Part shown: piece by piece, positions 54,434 to 64,000 of the stretch
Layout of the letters: every line of letters begins with the position of its first letter
How positions within the stretch are numbered: the first letter of the stretch is position 1
Source: Octopus sinensis
Lineage: Eukaryota
NCBI RefSeq assembly: GCF_006345805.1
Contig: NC_043003.1
Span: 13,640,001-13,704,000, forward strand
DNA length: 64,000 nt
Reading direction: 5' to 3'
The notes under the pieces: model-generated
The model's database searches: none
What the model saw: only the letters and a program-made list of their open reading frames with translations
Told to the model about the DNA's origin: nothing
Made by a program: the position numbers and the translations under genes

Positions 54434-56267
54434 GACAAGCTTCTTTAAGTTTCTGTCTATCAAATCCACTCACAAGGTTTTTGGTCGGCCCGAGGATATA
54501 GAAGACGTTTGTCCAAGATGTCATGCAGTGGGACTGAACCTGGAGCCATGTGGTTGGGAAGCAAGCTTCTTAACATTTTATTCTTTTTGCTGTCCACTTT
54601 GCAGTTAAGTTATATCGTTCTCTACAAAATAAACACTAAACTAACACACACACGACTATATATATATATATATATAGGCACTGTGAACTAACCACTAGTC
54701 AAATGCCTGCAGTCAAAAAAAAAAAAAAGCAATGCCTCTTTCCTTCTCTTTCTAGCTCTAACTACTCATCTCTATGGGTGTATACTAAAGCTGTTTTGAT
54801 TGGTTTGTCAATATCCTTGCAGCAAGTTAGCTAACTGGGGAGGAATAATATATATTAAAAGGAGAAAATGAAAAACGAAAAAAAAAAACGAAAAAACGGT
54901 CAGAAAGCTATAACTGTATTGATTACTAACCCATCAGTATTAGCAGCAGCATCAACAGCGCCATGAAGAACTATGATGACATTTTTTTGTGGTGGAGCAT
55001 TAAGCTGCTAAGTGGATAATTTAGGGATCAACTGGCAGAAAAGATAAATCAAAACGAACAAAAATAACAAAATATTTTAAAAAATCGGATAGTAACTTTT
55101 AAATTAGTATGCACGGAATCTTTTTAAAAACATCTTTTTTTTATTATTATTTTTATTTTTTTCCCTCCCTCCTGGTTTTATTTCCATTGATTCTTCCATC
55201 TACTATTCCAGGGTGATAGGTTTGGTTTTTTTATAGTATTGCCAATAAAATGGAGTAATAAAAGACATCCAGTCAAAATTGAGAAAAAAGAGGTTGGCAG
55301 GAGGGAGGGAGGAGGGAGTAAGTTAACAAAACTTGGAAAGGATATTCTTGTTAGAAAAGAAAATGAAAAAAAAAATTGGAAAAAAAAAAAAAAAGAGAGA
55401 AAAAAAAATCTTCCAAAATTTCTCTTTCCAGCTTGAGATTATTATGAAAGAATTTCAGTCCCAAGACTACAGCCGATAATCAGTCGAAAACGTTGAATCA
55501 GTCGGAATCTGCAACAGTTATGGTGATTGGCTCAAGAGGTTTTTTGTACAATAAGCTTCATAGTATTACAAATGCACACACACACAGACACACATACACA
55601 CACACGTAAGCATAACAGCAGACAATATCAAGAAAGTTTGTCTTATGCCCCTCTTGGGACACTGCTTTCTCACCTACAAAAAAACGCAATCCAGTTTTTC
55701 AACTGTATTGTGTATACAGAGAGTAATATAAACTTACAAGAAAATAATAATACTGTTTAGTAAATTATATTTAATATGTCATGGGTCATAAAATTACTGT
55801 AATGTAGATTTCTAGAAGATTGCACACACAAACACACACAAACACCCCCCTTCTATCTTATACACACACACACGCAGTGTGCTCATTAGCTCATACCTCA
55901 AAACATATGTAATATGTTTAGTGCAGCAAGTTTTCATAGTGTGTATGTTGACATACATACAGTAGGTGAAGTAGGTAGTATGTTGTAATATATAAATATA
56001 CAGCAAAATATAAGGAAACTAGCACTGAGTGTATGTGTAAATTATGAAATGCAGTAATGGAAGAGAATATTATAAGCAATAACCAATCTCTCTCTCACAC
56101 ATACATATACACGGCACAGGTGTGGCTGTGTGGTTAAGACGGTTGCTTCCCAATCAACCATATGGTTTCAGGTTCAGCCCCACTGCATGGCACCTTGGGC
56201 AAATGTCTTCTGCTATAGAACCAGGCCAACCAAAGCTGTGTGAGTGGATTTGTTAAATAGTAACTGA

Positions 56268-56486
56268 AAGGCGGCAAGTTGGCAGAAACATTAGCACGCC
56301 GGGTGAAATGCTTAGTGATATTTCATCTGCCGTTACGTTCTGAGTTCAACTTTGCCTTTCATCCTTTCGGGGTCGATAAATTAAGTACTAGTTATGCACT
56401 GGGGGTCGATGTAATTGAATTAATCCCTTTGTCTGTCCTTGTTTGTCCCCTCTATGTTTAGCCCCTTGTGGACAATAAAGAAATAA
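56268..56486 (+). mobile_element. Family B SINE nested in a family E SINE
   Basis: Host is interrupted at AACTGAAAG and resumes at AATTGAAAGAAGC. Confidence 0.8.
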
Positions 56487-56881
56487 GAAATTGAAAGAAG
56501 CTGATTGTGGGAGTGTGTGTGTGTGTGTGTGTGTGTGTATGTTTATGTGTTTATGTTTGTATTTTGTCTTCACATCATGTGATAGTTGTAAATGAGTGCC
56601 ACTGTCATACAAGCAGTGTAATTTTCCAATATTCTATGAGAACATGTTTTATCATGGGGAAATATTCCCTTATTTGGAAAGAAGCGAGGGTTGGAAACAA
56701 GAAACACATCTGACCACCAAGCAAGCACAGAAAAGTTGATGCTAAAATGATGATCATACCCACTCACACACACGCAAAGGTACAAGTATGGACATGTGCA
56801 TGACATGTTCACATGTCAAGCATGTGATTTTGGGGTTCAGTCCCACACTGTTGTATCTTGAAGCAGGTGGCTTTTATTAAA

Positions 56882-57075
56882 GTTAATCCAAACAAGAAAA
56901 CACAAAAAAACACAACAACGCGAGAACGTGGAACAAATATAGTATTACTGGATGCTCAGGAAAGAAGGAGGGTTTAACGTTTCGAGCGGAGCTCTTCGTC
57001 GGAAACATAGAAGGAAAGATCCAGAGAAGGGAAGACAGAGGAAAAAAAATCGCTAACAGTACACACAAGGTCACA
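56882..57075 (-). mobile_element. Family H3 repeat, full length, hammerhead-like motif at 56972-57006
   Basis: Minus strand GTTT-CCGACGA-A-GAGC-TCC-GCTC-GAAAC-GTT-AAAC. Confidence 0.65.
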
Positions 57076-57313
57076 TATTAAACCCTAACCTTAAGAGAGC
57101 TACGCTAAATTACTGGTGTCCGTACCCTGTGAAAAACATCTGTACCAGGCCACATAAAAAGCACCCAGCACACTCTGTAAAGTGGTTGGCATTAGGTAGG
57201 GCATCCAGTCAGAGAAACCGAGACAAATCAAACTGGAACCTGGTGCGGCTCTTGTCAAACTGACCAACCCATGCCATCATGGAAAACAAGCATTAAATAA
57301 TGATGATGATATA

Positions 57314-57527
57314 CAGTAATCCCTTGCCATATCATGGTTCACCTACCACGGTTTATTTAAGCTTACGTTGATTCCTCCGTGGTGTTGTTTTGCAGTTATA
57401 ATAAAATAAAAATATACAAATTATAAAAGGAATTAAAAAAAAATATACAGTACAGCACAGTTTCAACTTTGTGGATTTTCACCTATCACAGGGGTTTTTG
57501 GAAAGTAACATAGTTCAGGGATTACTG
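57314..57527. mobile_element. Tigger/pogo-like MITE
   Basis: TA-CAGTAATCCCT ... AGGGATTACTG-TA. Confidence 0.8.
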
Positions 57528-58736
57528 TATATATATATCAAATGTATGTGGTTAAGAAGCTTGTTTCGTAACCATGCAGTTTTGGGGTTCAGTCACAATG
57601 GGCAGCACTGTGGGTGATTGCCACTAATTCCTGGTGAATTTGGTAAATGTCATTGTGTTTGTTCCCCCAACTGATGGACAACTGGTGTTGGCTTGTTTAC
57701 CTAACTTAGCGGTTCAGCAAAAGATACTGATAGTATATGAGCCAGACTTTAAAAAAAACAGAGTTTTTAATTTCATTTGATATATATATATATATATATA
57801 TATGTAAATAAAACATCATCATCATCGTTTAACATCCGTTTTCCATGCTAGCATGGGTAACCATTGAAGAAATTTAGTTGCACAAATCAACCCCAGCGCT
57901 TTTTTTTTATTAAGCCTAGTCTCTTTTGCCAAACTGCTAAGTTACAGGAACAAACACAGACGTACACACACACACACACACACAACAGGCCTCTTAAAGT
58001 TTCCATGTACCAAGTCCACTCACAAGGCTTTGGTCAGCCCAACGATATAGAAGACACTAGCCCAGGTAGCCATGCAGGATGGGACTGAACCCGGAACCAT
58101 GCGGATGAGAAGCAAACTTCTTGCCACACGCAGCCACGCCTATAGCAAGCTGGTTTAGTTTTCTACATAACAGCACCCCCCCACCTAATTATAGCATATA
58201 TATAGGTAAACCATCTACGAGCACAGCAACAGCAACAGTCGGATCAGTAAGCTGCAGAAGTAAGGTATGCTAACGGTGATATGTGCAAGAGAAGACATAT
58301 GCAACACTTCAAGACAACTCTTCACAGAAAAAGAACGAGAGACAGAGAGAAAAGAAGAGGAAGACCAACATTTAAATATATCACAAGGAAGTAAGATACA
58401 ACAACAGGAGCAAATTTCTGTATATGAAGTTAAATTTTAAAAATATCAAATAACTTTCTTCTTAACTGACTACTCCGCCCCACACCCACACCCCCTCCTC
58501 CTCCCAAGTTCATTTATGTTAAGAATTCGCTGCTTCTAAAAATAATATAAACATTTTTAACTAGTTAAGAGTTTGTTTTGGAGCGTATCACTAAAGCAAT
58601 GCAGTTAGGGAAAGGAAAAAACTCAAGGTTATTAACAACAACGAAAACAACACATAGAGTGATGATAAAAGTTGATTTTCTTGGCCTAATTTACAAATAT
58701 ATACAATATATTATATATACATTATATTATATATAC

Positions 58737-58945
58737 ATCATCATCATCATCGTTTAACGTCCATTTTCCATGCTAGTGTGGGTTGGATGGTTCGACCGGG
58801 GTCTGGGAAGCCAGGAAGCTGCAGCGGGCTCCAGTTTGATCTGGCAGTGTTTCTACAGCTGGAAACCTTTCCTAACACCAACCACTCCATGAGTGTAGTT
58901 GGTGCTTTTTACGTGCCACCGACACATGTGTTTATTATATATATA

Positions 58946-59006
<61 letters not shown>

Positions 59007-59328
59007 ATATATGTGTGTATATATATATCTCTGTAGAGATATATGGAAAGTGGACATTAAACAATGATATGTGTGTGTGCACACACACATATATAAACAG
59101 ATTTGGATTGCCTATGTTCAGTTCACTGCAGGACACACACACACACACACATCATCATCGTTTAACATCCGCTTTCCATGCTAGCATGGGTTGGACGGTT
59201 CAACTGGGAGTCTGGGAATCCAGAAGGCTGCACCAGGCCCAGTCTGATCTGGCAGTGTTTCTACAGCTGGATGCCCTTCCTAACACCAACCACTCCATGA
59301 GTATAGTGGGTGCTTTTTACGTGCCACC

Positions 59329-59361
<33 letters not shown>

Positions 59362-59502
59362 TTAACGTCCGCTTTCCATGCTAGCATGGGTTGGACGGTT
59401 CAACTGGGGTCTGGGGAGCCCGAAAGCTGCACCAGTCCAGTCAGATCTGGCAGTGTTTCTACAGCTGGATGCCCTTCCTAACGCCAACCACTCCGAGAGT
59501 GT
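58737..59502 (-). mobile_element. Three co-oriented family D 3' fragments
   Basis: (CAT)n-TTTAAC.TCC..TTTCCATGCTAG begins at ~58737, 59150 and 59330. Confidence 0.85.
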
Positions 59503-59509
59503 TTATATA

Positions 59510-59555
<46 letters not shown>

Positions 59556-60413
59556 TCAGGGATCTAAGTCTAAGAAGTGATGGTAGGTATAGAGAACAAA
59601 AAGTGGGCAGTACAATATGATAAGTTAGCTAACAAACATATATGTGTTAAATAGATCCTCGCATGGATTGTGAATATATGAATCACAGAGAGCATCAATC
59701 CTGTTGCCAATTAGCTTTAAACCCTGGTATCCAAGGAACTGTAACTAGGACAAAGTGTTTTTTCTACATGGAAACAAAATGAAGCACCTGCAGTACATTT
59801 GAACAGACAGCATGCCCTCTCCATCAACCACAGTCTGATGTACAGGCTGTGAATTTGAGCTTGAGACCCTACTTGTTTGATGAGCCTACCACACTTAAGT
59901 CGATGACATCGACCCCCCCCCCCAGTATTCAACTGTTACTTATCTCATTGACCCAAGAGGAATAAAGACAAAACTGACCTCAGTGGAATTTGGAATGTAG
60001 TGATGGATAAAATCTCGCCAAGCCCTCCACATGGCATGCTAACAATTACGCCAGCTTGCCACCAGATGTATGTGTGTGTGTGTGTGTAATGGGGGCTTTT
60101 CGGTTAGGTTGTTACATTCATGACAATAAGATTGTGGTTTTGATTTCTGGATTGGTTGACATGTGTTCTTGACCAAAACACTTCATTTCCCATTGCAAGA
60201 TGGACCGGTGTACCACCCAGCTGAGGACTGTGCATGTCACAGAAACTGGGACCAGCCCTATGAGTCTAAATGACTCAGGGAAGGAGCTTTATACTTTTGT
60301 GTGTGTATCTATAGGTATGTGTGCATGTGTAAGTGCATATGTGTATATGCGTATGTGTGTATTCATGTATGTATATGTGTATTTATTTATATGCATGTAT
60401 ATATCTATATACA

Positions 60414-60787
60414 TATATGTGTGTGTATTTGTATGTATGAATATACAAGTGTGTTTGTATATGTATATCTATGTGTATTTGTATGTGTATGTGTGTATAT
60501 ATATAGGCAGACAGACAGATAGATAGATCATCATCATCATCGAATATACAAGTGTGTTTGTATATGTATATCTATGTGTATTTGTATGTGTATGTGTGTA
60601 TATATATAGACAGACAGACAGATAGTAGATCATCATCATCATCGTTTAACGTTGATGATGATGATGATGATGATCTATCTATCTGTCTGTCTGTCTATAT
60701 ATATACACACATACACATACAAATACACATAGATATACATATACAAACACACTTGTATATTCATACATACAAATACACACACATATA
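60414..60787. repeat. Fold-back palindrome with a duplicated left arm
   Basis: 60653-60787 is the reverse complement of ~60414-60541; 60542-60643 is a direct copy of the left arm; centre CGTTTAACG. Confidence 0.85.
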
Positions 60788-60974
60788 TTTATTTATATTA
60801 AGGGCATTACTATACATAAATGCCTCATGCTAGGAGGGACTCTTAAAAGTCAAAACTACCGTAATAAACACATTGTATTATGGTAGTTTTGACTTTTATT
60901 ATGGTAGACTTTAAGAATCTCTCCTAGCGTGAGGCATTTATGTATAGTAATGCCCTTAATATAAATAAATATAT
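60783..60974. repeat. Second palindrome (~65-bp arms plus an inner hairpin)
   Basis: ATATTAAGGGCATTACTATACATAAATGCCTCATGCTAGGAG pairs with CTCCTAGCGTGAGGCATTTATGTATAGTAATGCCCTTAATAT; inner stem 60844-60866/60876-60898. Confidence 0.9.
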
Positions 60975-61791
60975 TTAAAGGGAAAAATAAATAAATTTTT
61001 CCTTTATCAAGTTTTTCACACTAACTACTTGATAATTTTTTTTATAATGATTTTATCCTATTTTTAAATTGTATATAGATAGATAGATAGATAGTTGTTC
61101 AAGCATGTAGATAATAATAATAAAAAAATCAAGCAAACACACACAAAAAAAAACAACACTCCTAATGAATGAATCATAGCTAAAAACTTTTACTAAGAGG
61201 TGTAACAGAACAGTTAAGTAGGGCACACAATTGCTGCGTACAACACATTACAATGCTATGTAATGATGAAACTAAATCTATTTACACTGCAACACTGAAG
61301 GTCTCTGTGTTTCATTTCCGTCCCCACCACAATGAAATGCGATCTTCGAAAAGTTGTTTTTAAGATTTACACAGACAATTTTTTTTTTTTTTTTGAGGTA
61401 CCAGATGTAAAAATTCTAAACTGAAATTTTGAAATGAAATGTAACAGAGAAGGAATAAATTTTAAAATTACTGAATATTGATTTTTACTGGGCAATCTCA
61501 TGGCTTGGAGTTCAGTTCCACATTGTGGCATTCTTGGCCAAACTGTTTTCTATTCTAGTAGCAGGCCAGCTGAAGCTTTGTGCGTGAATTTAGTAGATGG
61601 AAACTGTAAAGAAGCCATATATATATTTGTGTGTGTGTGTGTGTGTTGGCCACATTAATCAGTAAATATCTCTAAGTTTAGCATTTGATAAATTGACTAA
61701 AACCCTTCAAAGTGGTGCTCTAGCATGGCCACAGTTTAATGACTGAAATTAGTAAAGAATACAAAAGCAAAAAAAAAACTAAGTTAGTATA

Positions 61792-61836
<45 letters not shown>

Positions 61837-62332
61837 CAATCAATGCTGCTGTTGTGGTAACTTAGCATTTGAGTATGGAAATGTCAAACGGACGACTTTT
61901 AAAAAGAGATAAATTCAAGAGGTTGACCTTGGTGGGATCTGAACTCAGAGCAGAGTCAGAACAAATGTTACAAGGAAATCTAACCAACACTCTAATAAGT
62001 CTGCCAATTCAGTACCTTTTCTGCTATAATATAAAGTAAGATAGATACAATTTAACTACCCTGTTCAACCCAGTTAAATTGCATGTGAATGCTGAATTTT
62101 TGTTCATACTCACAATAGCATACACACACACGTGTGTGTGTATATATATATATATCATCATCATTGTTGTTTAAAATCTATCTTCCATGCATGTATGGGT
62201 AGGATGGTTGAATGGAGCCGGCCAGGTAGCAAAACTACCCTTGGCTACTCTATCCATGTGAGCAGGGTTTGTGGGTTGGATTTTGATTACTCAAGGAAGG
62301 TTTGTATATATATATATATATATATATACAAA

Positions 62333-62542
62333 ATGTGACCTCGTGCATACCGTTGGCGATTTTTTTTCCTCTGTCTTCCCTTCTCGGGATCTTTCCTTCT
62401 CCTATGTTTCCGACGAAGAGCTCCACGTGAAACGTTAAACCCTCCTTCTTCCCTTCTTTCCTGAGCATCCAATAATACTATATTTGTTCCACGTCCTCGC
62501 GTTGTTGTGTTTTTTTGTGTTTTCTTGTTTCAATTAACTTTA
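62333..62542 (+). mobile_element. Family H3 repeat, stem II mutated
   Basis: GTTT-CCGACGA-A-GAGC-TCC-ACGT-GAAAC-GTT-AAAC at 62406-62440; flanked by (TA)n. Confidence 0.65.
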
Positions 62543-62788
62543 TATACATATATATAGTATATATAACTTACTTTGCAACATCACTAGCACAGGTGGCACG
62601 AAAAAGCATCTGGTAAACACTGTAAGGTGATTGGTATTAGGAAGGGCATCAAGCCATATAAAACAAGCAAAAGATGACACAGGAGTTCAGCACAGCCTTG
62701 TGGCTTCCTGGATACTGTCAAACCATCTAATCCACATGCCAGCATGGAATATAGACGTTAAATGATGACGATGTATAAATATACATAA

Positions 62789-63198
62789 GCATAGGAGTGG
62801 CTGTGTGGTAAGTAGCTTGCTTACGAACCACATCGTTCCGGGTTAGTCCCACTGTGTGGCACCTTGGGCAAGTGTCTTCTACTATAGCCTCGGGCCGACC
62901 AAAGCCTCGTGAGTGGATTTGGTAGACGGAAACTGAAAGAAGCCCGTTGTATATATGTGTGTGTATATGTATGTATGTATGTGTGTATATATGTTTGTGT
63001 GTCTGTGTTTGTCCCCCACAACATCACTTGACAACCGATGCTGGTGTGCTTACGTCCCCCATAACTCAGCGGTTCGGCAAAAGAGACTGATAGAATAAGT
63101 ACTAGGCTTACAAAGAATAAGTCCTGGGTCGATTTGTTCGACTAAAGGCGGTGCTCCAGCAAGGTCACAACCAAATGACTGAAACAAGTAAAAGAGTA
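62789..63198 (+). mobile_element. Family A SINE
   Basis: Full-length match to the 48575 copy. Confidence 0.88.
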
Positions 63199-63317
63199 GA
63201 GCATATATTTATTTATATACATGCGAGTCTCTAAGTCTGTGAGTATGTGTGTAAACACAATAAAACACATAGGTTTATCTGTTTACAATGTTCCAGTATA
63301 TATACATATATATACAT

Positions 63318-63349
<32 letters not shown>

Positions 63350-63815
63350 TCAAGCTGATACACATCGCCACAAGCTTTACCTTACCCAAATGATTAACCT
63401 TGTTTACTATTCTAATTATTTTAATATTTCCCTCCCTCCATTATGTTCAACATTTGCAGAGAATTGTTTGAACAAGTATTTTATAGCAGCAGGCCTTTCC
63501 TATGCTAACTTACTCGAGTGAAAGTTAAGGTAGTGACTGTAATGTCCGTACATGTGTGTGTGTGTGTGTGTGTACTTTCTATATTGGTATGAGAGAGACT
63601 GCTGTCAGCATATTGCTTTCCTGTGTAAATATAGGCGCAGGTAGGAATATGAATGAGTAACCGGTTATTATTATTATTATTATTTGTCTAGACCTTACTT
63701 AAATGTTTACACGCATTATATACTTTTATATGCATTTCAGCCCTATGGCCGCGGCCATGCGGGAGCACTGTCAGTGATCATATGCGGGTAGATTTTTTAA
63801 GTTCTTTTTAAACGA

Positions 63816-64000
63816 TTATGGCACAGGTGTGTCTGTGTGGGTTAAAAAGTTCGCTTCTCAACCACATGGTTCCCAGTTCAATCCCACACCTTGAACAAGT
63901 GTCTTTATGGCACAGGTGTGTCGGTGTGGTGAAAAAGTTGCTTCTCAACCACATGGTTCCCAGTTCAATCCCACACCGTGGCACCTTGAGCAAGTGTCTT
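63816..64000 (+). mobile_element. Tandemly duplicated SINE head (runs off the window)
   Basis: TTATGGCACAGGTGTG...CCCACACC...CAAGTGTCTT occurs twice. Confidence 0.8.

Noticed and set aside
55433-55525. Strong acceptor TTTCTCTTTCCAG
   Set aside because: Stops in all three frames and only a weak donor.
57078-57095. TAAACCCTAACCTTAA, telomere-like
   Set aside because: Only about two imperfect units.
58778-59365. Longest ORF (195 aa)
   Set aside because: Made of antisense family D SINE fragments and microsatellites.

Overview
AT-rich, repeat-dense eukaryotic DNA, probably intronic or intergenic. The SINE families (tRNA-head CORE-type, Nin-domain-type, RTE-tailed (GAT)n) and the abundant (TA)n/(CA)n/(GATA)n tracts look like an octopus (coleoid cephalopod) genome; this is my recognition, not a database result. 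I find no confident host protein-coding exon, and nearly all listed ORFs are microsatellite or SINE artefacts. Identifiable content: many SINEs, several with clean TSDs; RTE, CR1-group and Dong/R4-like LINE remnants; Tc1/mariner-, TTAA(piggyBac)- and hAT-type MITEs, often nested; and a transposase fossil at ~16.9-19.8 kb, split by younger insertions, that resembles Chapaev3. The main result is a set of short Penelope-like repeats, mostly in microsatellites, that carry minimal hammerhead ribozyme folds: one with a fully canonical core (23742-23784) and two three-copy families with consistent non-canonical cores (U at position 6; C at position 4). There are also several template-switch-like inverted or direct duplications and palindromes. 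Most repeat boundaries are approximate, read by eye.
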